64,000 nt of DNA from an uncultured virus (IMG/VR IMGVR_UViG_3300018475_001996). Lineage: Duplodnaviria > Heunggongvirae > Uroviricota > Caudoviricetes. The translations under genes were made by a program, and so were the position numbers. Below, piece by piece: positions 28,344 to 38,571 of the stretch. The notes under the pieces were generated by a model. That model was not told where the DNA came from. It did not search any database and saw nothing but the letters and a program-made list of their open reading frames with translations. Position 1 is the stretch's first letter; each line of letters starts with the position of its first letter. The stretch spans positions 62,001 through 126,000 of the IMG/VR virus record IMGVR_UViG_3300018475_001996, one strand, 5' to 3'.

Positions 28344-29495
28344 TTAGGCTACATTGTCTCGTTTTACGAAAATGGTAAATCCAAGGAAACCAATAAAATA
28401 GAGAAGTGCCAAAACAAGATATAAAGTATTGTCAGTAAACAAGTTTCCAAGAATAGGTCCCGCAATTCCAGCAAATCCCCAGGCACTAAGCGTCATAGAG
28501 TGAACTGTAGAAAGACAACTATCTCCGAATCTCTTAGCAAGTAAACTTGGCAAACAACTGAATCCTCCGCCGTAGTTCCATTCAATCATCAAAATACCAG
28601 CTACAAGCAAAATCGGATTTTGTGTATAACACAAAAACGCACCAAGAATACCCAAACTTGCAACCCAATGATAAGCAGCCTTTCTACCAATCGAATCACT
28701 AGCCGTACTCATTCCAAATCGACCACCGACATTTGCAACAGCTGTAGCAGCCATAAGTGAAGCGATAGCAGTATATCCAGCATTTAAAAACAGGCTCTTT
28801 TCCTGAGAAATAAGTGCAAGGCCGCATGTAATGTTGATAAAGAACATAAACCAAATCGAAATATATTCTTTAGTCAAAAATTTGGCCTTTATAAGAGTCT
28901 TATACGGAATAGCAGTATATTTTGTAGAAATATATGCAGGATTAGGTTTATATAGCCATGAAGAGAAACTCATTACAACTAAGAAAATCAATCCCATGAG
29001 TAAGAATACAACTGGCAACGTAAAGGTTGCAAGCAAATACTCAATCATAGGAGCCGCAACGAACTTTCCCAATCCGAAACCGGTAATAGCCAATCCGGAA
29101 GCGAGTCCTTTATGATTACTGAAGTTTGCAAGCAGCTGTTTAATTGGTGCCGTATAGCCTATGCCGGTACCGCAACCCATAAATGAACAGCCGATATAAT
29201 AAAGTGGTAAAAATCCAGTATAGGTTGCAAACGAAAGTAGCAATAATCCTATTGCAAACAGAATTGTTGAAACTATCGCCATTCGTTTCGGGAACATTTC
29301 AACGAATCTTCCGAAAACCGCAGCACCCATGCCAAGGAAGAAAATAATCAGAGTAAATCCAATATCAGCTGAGAATTTCGAAATATCAAAAGTCTCCATG
29401 ATATTCTTGGCATATTGTGAATAGTTATAAACTGAACCTAAACTGACAGGTAACAAAATACCCGGAATTAAAATATTGAGAAATCTATTTGTCAT
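28344..29495 (-). CDS. MFS transporter, OFA (oxalate:formate antiporter/YhjX-like) family
   Basis: About 12 TM helices; LGSVY, GIGYTAPI, HKGLASGLAITGFGLG, GGRFGMSTASDSIGRK, YGGGFSCLP, LSAWGFAGIAGP. Confidence 0.9.
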   Translation of the reverse strand: MTNRFLNILIPGILLPVSLGSVYNYSQYAKNIMETFDISKFSADIGFTLIIFFLGMGAAVFGRFVEMFPKRMAIVSTILFAIGLLLLSFATYTGFLPLYYIGCSFMGCGTGIGYTAPIKQLLANFSNHKGLASGLAITGFGLGKFVAAPMIEYLLATFTLPVVFLLMGLIFLVVMSFSSWLYKPNPAYISTKYTAIPYKTLIKAKFLTKEYISIWFMFFINITCGLALISQEKSLFLNAGYTAIASLMAATAVANVGGRFGMSTASDSIGRKAAYHWVASLGILGAFLCYTQNPILLVAGILMIEWNYGGGFSCLPSLLAKRFGDSCLSTVHSMTLSAWGFAGIAGPILGNLFTDNTLYLVLALLYFIGFLGFTIFVKRDNVA

Positions 29496-29496
29496 A

Positions 29497-29871
29497 TTAA
29501 TTGAATGCCGTAGTAATAGGGTCTTTGAATACTTCCTTGAATTCGTGTTTGAGTTTCATATTGAAATGCCAATATGGGTCGAATAATGGATCCGTATTTT
29601 CAATCAATCCGATAGTATCAGATTCTTCCTTTGGAATGTCCCATGAAATATCAAATATTCCATTATCAAGAACATTTAAAGTAAACTTTATATTCGGACA
29701 AGTACCATCCCGGTCAAATATATGACCGAAAATACCAGCAATATCTTCAGTAATGAAATTGCTAGGTGGTTTGATAAGTAATTTGTATACGCCTGTTCTG
29801 AATTTTATATTATTATCATCTATCTTGTCACGCCAAGTAGATGAATATGTTGAATCATATGTCATTTTCAC
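29497..29871 (-). CDS. hypothetical protein
   Basis: ORF track. Confidence 0.6.
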   Translation of the reverse strand: MKMTYDSTYSSTWRDKIDDNNIKFRTGVYKLLIKPPSNFITEDIAGIFGHIFDRDGTCPNIKFTLNVLDNGIFDISWDIPKEESDTIGLIENTDPLFDPYWHFNMKLKHEFKEVFKDPITTAFN

Positions 29872-30647
29872 CTCGTCTTATAACCAAAGGGCAACATTTC
29901 GTCCTTTATAAATTCTTTATATTTATACAGTCCGATTTCTTCAATTACCCAATTTTCATCGACGGGTTTAGTAAAGTCAAAAACAGGAATACAGTCATAT
30001 TTCGTATGCTGATTAAACTTATAGAGGTAGTTTAAGAACATAGCAATATCAGTATTGCAATAATCTATAAAATTTTTGCACTCATCTACCGTAGCAAATC
30101 CGATATACTGATTTTTGAGTTTTAAGGCACTTTCGGGGACGTTTTGAACTGGAGTATATCTTTCCTTGGACAAAAGCGTACACCAGTCCCAGGCTCGTCT
30201 ATGGCCTCTTATATCGCTTAATTGGATATACCAGGTATTCTTCTTTCCCTGTTCGGTTCCAATAGTCTTTTTTCCAACCAGATATGCATCTACAATCTTC
30301 GTAATTTCCTTATATTTCTCAGGATCCGAAAATCTGTTAAATCGTAAATCATAGAGGTCAAGTTTCTTTTGGTCAAACTTGAAAATACCTACATCCGAGA
30401 AAAATTCAGCATCTTCAAACTTTGCATCACCGACAACGGTTTCAATACGGCTAAAAGACTCAAATCTTTCATTGAGAATTTCGATATGCTTATTGTTGAT
30501 ATTTTCCTTAATACGATGATTGTCTACAAAATCAGTAGGTACAAGCCAAACGGCGGAATCTGCGAATTTCTCACATTCCGACATTACTTTTAAATAAAGC
30601 TTTTCGCCTTTACCGATATATGGTGGATTTCCGATTATTGTAAACAT
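29868..30647 (-). CDS. DNA adenine methyltransferase, catalytic/TRD half (motif IV)
   Basis: Begins MFTIIGNPPY; no SAM-binding motif I. Confidence 0.75.
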   Translation of the reverse strand: MFTIIGNPPYIGKGEKLYLKVMSECEKFADSAVWLVPTDFVDNHRIKENINNKHIEILNERFESFSRIETVVGDAKFEDAEFFSDVGIFKFDQKKLDLYDLRFNRFSDPEKYKEITKIVDAYLVGKKTIGTEQGKKNTWYIQLSDIRGHRRAWDWCTLLSKERYTPVQNVPESALKLKNQYIGFATVDECKNFIDYCNTDIAMFLNYLYKFNQHTKYDCIPVFDFTKPVDENWVIEEIGLYKYKEFIKDEMLPFGYKTR

Positions 30648-31806
30648 AGAAGGTCACGTTCAGCTTGTAGATTAGAAATAACTTTTAAAAAATCTCCGTC
30701 GTTATTTATTGTAATGGTCCAATCCTTACCGCTAACTACGTCGCCGTGCAAAAATTTGACATCACAAGAACTCGGTTGAATACTGAAAACTTTATCATCA
30801 TATTTTTCTTGACTTTCATAGATGGCTTTAAATTTCTTTGAACAAAAACCAACACCAGAATATAAATTCGGGGCTTTAAATAAACCATAACAACATGGCA
30901 ATCTTCCAAGGTTACTACTATAGTCCTGGCTTGAGAAATAACAGACTCTATCTATTAAATCGGAAGTAACAGAATGTTTAATTGTCTTATCATTTCGAAC
31001 AATCGAGAATTTAATCTTTTTCTTAAACCAAAGCAATTTCAGTCTCCAGGTTATAAATCAATTTTTCAAAACTAAATTGAGAATCTAATGTAATCGTCCA
31101 GTCATGGCATTTAACAGTATCGCCAAGCTTGAAACTCGCGCCACAATCATCAAGATTCTTATAGCTAGAGCCAAACATTACATCCTGATATTCTTCCGGG
31201 TACAATACCATGTATTTTGTAAATTCTTGATTATCATTAGTAAAACTTAATCGGGTATCGTCTTTTCGAGAAGAATTACAAAGGTAATATTTTCGTGTTT
31301 TACCGTTATGAACAATCTTTACTCTTAAAGTATTAGAACTATGTCTTCTACTGCAATACATATTCCATTTCCAAGTTGTTGAAGAGACGTTTAAAATCAC
31401 CAGTAGTATTAAGTTCAATAGTCCAGGTAGGAAATACTACCTTATCGCCACGTTTGAGAATATATGTTGCATCACATGGATATACATGAGAACCATAATG
31501 TACACGTGTTTCAACTTCATCATGTTCAGACATATATCTTACACCAAATCCATAAATTTCTTCAGGTGTTGGATTATGCAGCTGACCCATCGAAAGAATA
31601 TCATAATATTGCGACATACTATCAAAACGTTGTGTCAAATCCGGCTTATATTTATCGCTGCTATAAATTGTAGTCTTAAACCAAGGCGCATATTCGAGAC
31701 GACTTGAACGACCATTTCGAAAAACAGTAAATAAAACCGGTTTTTCATGTTTCACCGATTCTTTGGTTTCAGGCTCATCATAGATATGTTTATAATCTGT
31801 CAACAT
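30635..31806 (-). CDS. three tandem paralogous small proteins (30635-31036, 31023-31361, 31348-31806)
   Basis: Shared C-termini GD(V/T/K)V...(D/T)WTI...F..(V/L)..NL..E..L. Confidence 0.75.
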
Positions 31807-32252
31807 ACAAATTCCGCAAATCCGCTATTTTCAATTTTTGTTTCATCGACTTCTTCTTTAGGTTTCCAGTTTTCAAAATCCCACTTAAAGAAATCGGCAC
31901 ATACAATATTTTTGTTTACAATTTTACTGTATTTAGGTCCAACAATTTCAAGAATTCTTTGGACACACAAATCTCTGTTATCCTGCATTAATTCAACACC
32001 GTAAAGTGTCTTTACTGCATCTTCAACCGAAATTCCAGAAGCAAGACGTTTTTCAAGCATACGAACAAGGATGTTTCCGCTTCCCGCTGTAGGATCCAAA
32101 AATGTGGCTTTAGGGTCTTTCCATTTTTCTTCAGGAATTTTAGTAATCATTTGGTCAATAACTGCAAATGGTGTAAATACTTCACCGTTCTTGGTGATAC
32201 GTTCTTTAGAACGTTGAATTCCATCATTAGTAGTAAATAACTCTTTAGACAT
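31800..32252 (-). CDS. DNA adenine methyltransferase, SAM-binding half (motifs X, I-III)
   Basis: GEVFTP, FLDPTAGSGN, LYGVEL, NIVCADFF; no NPPY. Confidence 0.8.
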   Translation of the reverse strand: MSKELFTTNDGIQRSKERITKNGEVFTPFAVIDQMITKIPEEKWKDPKATFLDPTAGSGNILVRMLEKRLASGISVEDAVKTLYGVELMQDNRDLCVQRILEIVGPKYSKIVNKNIVCADFFKWDFENWKPKEEVDETKIENSGFAEFVC

Positions 32253-32289
32253 AATTTAAATATAACAATTTTTCTTAATTTTGTAAGCG

Positions 32290-35020
32290 CTATCGTGATG
32301 CATAGCTTTCAGACCAGTCTTCTTTTTCGATAGCATGCATTTTTGCATATGAATCTTTACTGTCACCTTCAAATTTAGCCAAATCACTTAGTAAATCACA
32401 GTTATGCATAATTGCTTTTGCGGTACATTCCTTAAATCTTCTAACATCATCACTGTTTTTAATTGAAAGTATGGCATTCAAGTTATAGAAAAAACAATCC
32501 ATATCTTCTTTATCTGAATTTACTCTAATAGTCTGACATGTATGATAAAAACCTTTTGTTTTTCCAATAGAATATATACAATTTTTTATAATGTTTGCTC
32601 TGGCAGAATTTTTATTTACAAACATTTTTCCAAGTTCATAAGTATCAAAACTATATTCTAGTTCATAAAATCTATATTCATATCTATATGTTTTAGGGTC
32701 ATTTTTCAAATGATATTTTCCAACTCTTTTATTATATCTTGCACGTATATTTAAAATAACATCATTATCCGAATGTTTTATATTGAAAATGATGGTAGAA
32801 TATGGTATAATATCTGTAACTTCTTCAGGTTCAATTATAGAACCATTATATGTTACTGGTGCTTTATTAAATGCCGAAACATCATAACCGCATACTTCAA
32901 TACCATATTTTTCAAACAGTTTAATAATCTGAAAAATTTCACCTTTTCTAGCTGTTATTTCTTTCTTTGTCTGTTTGATTTTATCAATAACTTTATTATA
33001 CTGCTTGATGGGTTTATCAAGAAGTTTGTTAATATCGTTTCCAATTTTAATATCTAAATCTTTCATAATCAACCAGGCAAAACATCAAATGTTTGTTCAA
33101 CAGCATGCATTTTTAAACGTAAATCGATTTTATAAAAATCAACCTCTCCATCATAGATAGCTTTCAAAAAGATTTTAAGATCTTCTCTTTCCATCTTATT
33201 AAACCAGAACATATGCATATCATCGTTCGGTTTATTTCCATTATGGATTGACATAGCGCTACTGTGAAGTTTTACGCACAACTGATGTCCTGGTAAATGA
33301 TAATAAACCGAATGATAACCCTTTATAAATCCAAAAGTTTTCAAAAATGCATCCATAATATCACGTATATGGTCAGCAAACGCTGGAGCTTCATCCAGAC
33401 ATTGCATAAAATACGCAAGTTTCATCTCTTTTGGCATATCTGCAAAATTTGAAAGTTTAAATTTCATATTATTCGAGTTTGTTAATTGATTTTAACATCA
33501 ATAAGTTTTGTTTTGCTGCCTTACATGTAAAATCTCTGTATCTGATAAAATCATCTTCAGTAGTTATTTCGGTTAATGCATCAATTAGCATAAAGAATGT
33601 ATCTACCTTTTCTGGTTCGGTATCGGCAAAAATCTGAATGAACGGTGTTTCATTAGTAGCCCTAGCGTAATGATATTTTATTGTATCTTTCTTAGCTACA
33701 TATCCGCCTTTATGACGAATAGACAAATATAGACGACCATTTAATTCTTCTTTTTTAGAAGCAGAAACATTATAATTTAAAACTACAGAATGTGTATTTT
33801 CTTTACGAATATGAATTGCTGCAAACTTATTATCATTAACTGCATCAATAGATGGTTCTATTACTTCATGGTATATAATTTTATATCCTCTTGAAGTAAT
33901 CATATTTTCAAGAATTTCTGCATCTTCTTTATTTTTCTCATATATAGAACGAAACCGGTTAATAGCCCGGTCGCGTAAATTATTATAATATTCTTTTATA
34001 CGCTCAATATTGTCGTCTACTATATTTGAAAATTTACACATATATTACCCAGGTAATTTGTCGATTGCTTCTTTCACTTCGGCTTCTTTAATTGCTAAAC
34101 AATACTTTCTGTAATATTCTAAAAAGTCTTCTTTAGATTCGTCATCTACATAATGCATTATAACCGCTGGAAGAAGAGTCATTTCATCACTGCAAATTTT
34201 AAAACTCTGCTCAAGATTTATTATCTCCAGCAATGTACAAAAATTATTAGTCTTTGCAGATTCAATAGCTGCATTTTCCGGCGCAGTTACAACAATATTT
34301 CCATCAATGTAAAATTTTACTAATTCTTTATAAAGATTACTAACTTCACATGTAATAACTTTGCATTTGGCAAAATTTAAACACGTGTATTTATTAGTAC
34401 CAGGTGAAGAATGTAGTAACAGCATATTAATCCAGCTTTTCAATGCATTTCAATGTTTCCATATCTTGACGTGCCATATAGCATACGCCAGTTCTGTAAC
34501 GTTCTGAATTCTGGTTTTTACGTACTTCTTCCAATTCGTTGAGCAAATTGAAGAAAATATCCTTCAATTCTTTCGGGCTGTCGACACGTACATGACAACG
34601 AGGACGTGCATTCATAGCGCTAATCATAACATTTCGCTGTGCTTCCCAATCATCGCTATATGCATTGTTGTACATGGTATCGTCGAATGTCGCACGCATA
34701 GTTACATAGTAACGGCCGGTTTTCTTCTTGTTGTTACTGGCCATATCGATATGGTGCTTAATTCCGTCTTTTCCCTTTTGAACAATAAACGGAACACGGT
34801 TTGATTCAAAATTGAAAACAGAAAAACCGATAATGGAATATCCATATTCAGCAAACATGGTTTCAAAATGCTTAAGCTGATTTTCATAGATCTCTTGGAG
34901 TTCTATGCTTCTACGACGCTTGGAGTCGATAGCATGCTTAATATGCTCGATTTGTTCAAGCATTTTGTTTTCGTCTTTTGTAACTGCGGCATTTACTGCT
35001 TCTAAGAAATTTTTATACAT
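32290..35020 (-). CDS. five early hypothetical proteins (32290-33072, 33069-33467, 33469-34041, 34045-34443, 34427-35020), three of them paralogous
   Basis: Shared G(K/R)(Y/L)(H/Y)...(I/V)(R/F)(V/A)(N/D)(S/T)..E..D.FF motif; ends such as EAIDKLPG and KCIEKLD. Confidence 0.7.
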
Positions 35021-35083
35021 GACTATAATATAATAAAAAGGCTGACTTTCGTCAACCTTTTTTATTTTAACTATTACAGTGTG

Positions 35084-36400
35084 TTAATCTTGTTTCAAAG
35101 TTACATTAATTTCATAACCCTTACCGTACTTATAGTTAGGAATATACTTAGTAATGAATTCTTCGAAATATTCCTTATTTTCCGGATAAGTAAGGTTATA
35201 AGTATTACCGTCCATATCTTCTTCAGCTAGGTCGTAATTCAATTCTTTACTACAGAACTTAGTCCAGTTTTCCGGAGTTCCTGTAATCTTGAGAGCCCAG
35301 GTTCTTTCGGAATATGTGGTAAAGTAAGTAATATAGTTGGAATTTTCACCATATGGACCATAGTGACCCCAGTCTGCAACCGGTTCTTCATCAACATCCT
35401 GAGAAACAGTAGCTTGTGTATGCTGTTCGGAAACATTCAAACCGAAATCGGCAAAGAAATCCTTGATAGCAGCAGTATCTACCCATGTCCAAGATTTACT
35501 AGAATCAAAATCGGCCTTTCTGTGAATCATACCAATGGTAGTGCTACCCATTTGTTGAGCATCCTTACCGAGTGCATTAGCTTCAGCACGTTTTTTCATA
35601 GCACGCTGAAGCATTTCCTTACGGGTTTCAGCAGTCTCCTTCGGAGCTTCTTCACCCTTCTTAGGTCTGTAATCTTCAAGACCATAGGCCTTTGCATTCA
35701 TGTGATATGTTCTACGGCCTTCCGGTGTACGATTGTCCGCAGCCTTTGTCGTTTCGTGCTTAATGTAAGTATTGACAATAAGAGTAATTTCGTTAGTTGC
35801 TTCGTTGAGAACCGCTTCATAGCCTAGACGCTTGAGGGTTTCAAGTGCTTCTTCAACTTTGTTTTTACCCTTATCAGACTTCTTAGACTTAAACGCAAAC
35901 CACTTGGACTTCTTGTTTTTCTTCTTACCTCCACAGCAGCAACTTTCGTTTTCGAGGTTCGTTTCTGGATCCACATAGGAATCATCTTCGAGACCTGTTT
36001 GCTGTTCGTCCTGGACTGCCTGTTCTGGAGTACCGAACATCTTAACGAATTCATCATAAGAAGTTTCATTGAACCATACCGGAATTTCAGTATCGTTCAT
36101 TTCCGCCTTCCAAAGTTCATCGTCACCGTCAAACGGATAATTGAGGTCCTGTAAACCATTTACCGGCAATGCGTCATGCCAAAGAGTATACTGGTCATCT
36201 TTACCGCCGAGTGCTTCGTATTCTTCGAACCAATCATTACCGGTCTTTCCGGAATTATCACAAGAACCGTCAGCACAAGAACCGTCGCCGCATTCATTTA
36301 TGAAATTATTGCGGAAAGCACGGAATTCATTCCTGAACTTGAATTCTGCAGGAAGTGAATCTAAATGTTGTTCATCGTGAGAATACATTAACACCTCCAA
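35084..36400 (-). CDS. acidic late protein, probable head-associated
   Basis: Downstream of late promoter 36805; FINE, LENE and VLNE sites; VEEALETLKRLGY. Confidence 0.6.
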   Translation of the reverse strand: MEVLMYSHDEQHLDSLPAEFKFRNEFRAFRNNFINECGDGSCADGSCDNSGKTGNDWFEEYEALGGKDDQYTLWHDALPVNGLQDLNYPFDGDDELWKAEMNDTEIPVWFNETSYDEFVKMFGTPEQAVQDEQQTGLEDDSYVDPETNLENESCCCGGKKKNKKSKWFAFKSKKSDKGKNKVEEALETLKRLGYEAVLNEATNEITLIVNTYIKHETTKAADNRTPEGRRTYHMNAKAYGLEDYRPKKGEEAPKETAETRKEMLQRAMKKRAEANALGKDAQQMGSTTIGMIHRKADFDSSKSWTWVDTAAIKDFFADFGLNVSEQHTQATVSQDVDEEPVADWGHYGPYGENSNYITYFTTYSERTWALKITGTPENWTKFCSKELNYDLAEEDMDGNTYNLTYPENKEYFEEFITKYIPNYKYGKGYEINVTLKQD

Positions 36401-36403
36401 AAA

Positions 36404-36781
36404 TTAAGCGGTGAAAGTATTCTTAGCGTTAGAAATGTCAACACCAATGTGACGGAAAAGGTCAACCATTGTACCACCGGCAGTAAGACCGATTTTCTGG
36501 TCAACGAAGTTTTCGTACTTGGCCTTGGCGTCAATAGAATCGAACTGGTCTTCGGAAACGACCTGATTCTTAGCATAGTCGACAATAGCCTGAACGAGGT
36601 CCTGAGCAAGGTTCTTGAAACCTTCCTTAAGGTCACCATTCTTAACATACTGTGCAATCATGCTAGCGGCACCACCCATCGGAGCTGCAGCAGGCTGAGC
36701 CTGAGGAGCAGCGGCAAGAGCAGCTTCTTCGTCGAGCTTCTGACGCATATAGGTCTTGAAATCTACATCTTTTAAATCCAT
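36404..36781 (-). CDS. late hypothetical protein
   Basis: TATAAATA 36805-36812; AGGAG SD. Confidence 0.7.
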   Translation of the reverse strand: MDLKDVDFKTYMRQKLDEEAALAAAPQAQPAAAPMGGAASMIAQYVKNGDLKEGFKNLAQDLVQAIVDYAKNQVVSEDQFDSIDAKAKYENFVDQKIGLTAGGTMVDLFRHIGVDISNAKNTFTA

Positions 36782-36807
36782 AATTGTTTCTCCTAATTTT
36801 TTATTAT

Positions 36808-37158
36808 TTATAGTTCCTTGGCCAGTTCCTTAACTGCGTCCTTGTATTTCTTGATAAGAATACGAGATTCCGCACCGACTTCAAGCAAAGCCTGTCCAGC
36901 CTTAAAAATTCGCTTGTTTGCCTTCATCAATGTCTTGATTTTGCCCTTATTTTTACTTCCGGTAAGAGTGAATGTTACTTCGCCTCCCTTAGAAACAGTA
37001 ATAGAACCAATTTCTCCGGTTTCATCGGTACAAGTCATTGAATTGTCGACGATTTTAATCTTGGAGTCCCTATAAAAACTGTACTTGAATCCAGCCTTTG
37101 TAAGAATATCCAAGATTTTGTTTAATTTTGGGTCAATTTCTTTAAAATCTCTAGTCAT
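36808..37158 (-). CDS. late hypothetical protein
   Basis: TATAAATA 37163-37170. Confidence 0.7.
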   Translation of the reverse strand: MTRDFKEIDPKLNKILDILTKAGFKYSFYRDSKIKIVDNSMTCTDETGEIGSITVSKGGEVTFTLTGSKNKGKIKTLMKANKRIFKAGQALLEVGAESRILIKKYKDAVKELAKEL

Positions 37159-37175
37159 ATATTATTTATAGAAGG

Positions 37176-37691
37176 TTAGTAAAATTTGGCATTTTTATAT
37201 ACATAGAAATCGACGTCAAAATCGTCTCCTTCCTGACCATGTGCTTCACCAGTCTTTTCCTTTTTCCAAAATTTTTCATCTACTTCTGGAAAGAAAACGT
37301 CTGCTTCCGGGAATTCCTGATTTACTTCCGTAATATAGAGATAGTCTACACAGCCCGTATTCATCATCTGGCGATATATTGTAGCTCCGCCTATAACAAA
37401 TACTTCCGTCTCGTTTTTTGAGGCCACGTAGTCCATTGCGAGCTGTAAAGTGGGCTTTACGACACAACCTTCTGCCTTATATTCAGGATTGCTTGAAACT
37501 ACTACATTTGTTCGATTCGGAAGAGCCTTGCCTATAGATTCAAAACAGCGACGGCCCATAATGACACAGTGTCCGCTGGTTAGTTCCTTGAAATGCTTCA
37601 AGTCAGATTTGATATGCCAAGGCATACAATTTTTGGAACTTATACCGATTTCGTTTTTAAGCCCCTTGGCAACGATTAAACTAATTTTCAT
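37176..37691 (-). CDS. frd: dihydrofolate reductase
   Basis: MPWHIKSDLKHFKELT, VIMGRRCFESI, LPNRTNVVVS, FVIGGATIY, ADVFFP. Confidence 0.96.
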   Translation of the reverse strand: MKISLIVAKGLKNEIGISSKNCMPWHIKSDLKHFKELTSGHCVIMGRRCFESIGKALPNRTNVVVSSNPEYKAEGCVVKPTLQLAMDYVASKNETEVFVIGGATIYRQMMNTGCVDYLYITEVNQEFPEADVFFPEVDEKFWKKEKTGEAHGQEGDDFDVDFYVYKNAKFY

Positions 37692-38013
37692 ATTCTAGTC
37701 CTTCAAATTCAAGTTGTCGTTCTTTATACATTTTACGACTTTCACGAGTTTTAATTTTTCGTTTTTCTGTTTCTTTCATCTTAATATATTGATGAGCATT
37801 AACATGCCTGTAACAATACTTAAGACACTTACCCATTTTAATAAGCAGCAAATGACAGATATGATGTTCTTTCGGAGAAAGCTCGATTTTATTTTCTTTC
37901 TTGTTACTTCCGCCTTCAGACCTTGGAATTATGTGATGGTTTTCTATTTGTCCTATTAATAATCTGTTTTTTGCTCTTTCAATTATTCTATTATAGATTT
38001 TCTCGTAATCCAA
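37681..38013 (-). CDS. HNH endonuclease
   Basis: ENHHIIPRSEGGSNKKENKIELSPKEHHICHLLL. Confidence 0.88.
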   Translation of the reverse strand: MDYEKIYNRIIERAKNRLLIGQIENHHIIPRSEGGSNKKENKIELSPKEHHICHLLLIKMGKCLKYCYRHVNAHQYIKMKETEKRKIKTRESRKMYKERQLEFEGLEYEN

Positions 38014-38014
38014 A

Positions 38015-38476
38015 CTAATATCCTTTGTTGGAGGTTGTAGACAATTCTCTCAGAGCGTTCTTTTGAATGTCATTCGACATAAAGAATTCTGACGGAATAC
38101 CAAGTATTTCACCGATGTATTCGTTTTTAATTCGATAACAGCTTCTAACTCTCTCCTTTCTATACATTTTCAAGCCATAACCAATATTTGAATAACATCT
38201 ATTGAGCTCATAGCCATTGAAAATAGTTGGAACGTCCTTATCCATAATATTCTTCATTTTCTGCATATTAACAAGTATCTTCATAACAATATCGGTATTG
38301 AAGTAATGAAAATTTATTCCAGCAAAATGCGGATCCATCGGAGGTGCAAAAGCACAGTAAATAACTGGCGATTTATCACTTCCGATAATATCTTTTGCCT
38401 GATAATTGAATGTATAAAAATAGCCAGCAATAACTTGACTGGTATATACAAGCGCTTCATTAGTATCAACTGCCAT
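38015..38476 (-). CDS. T4 gp2-like DNA end protector
   Basis: YFYTFNYQAK...DKSPVI...FAGINFHY...GLKMY; CATAAATA promoter. Confidence 0.65.
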   Translation of the reverse strand: MAVDTNEALVYTSQVIAGYFYTFNYQAKDIIGSDKSPVIYCAFAPPMDPHFAGINFHYFNTDIVMKILVNMQKMKNIMDKDVPTIFNGYELNRCYSNIGYGLKMYRKERVRSCYRIKNEYIGEILGIPSEFFMSNDIQKNALRELSTTSNKGY

Positions 38477-38571
38477 ACGTTATTTATGTTAATATAGCTT
38501 TATTTTAATAACAATAAACAAAAAACTCAGTAATAATACTGAGTTTTTGAATATAAAGGATTGTTTATCTA

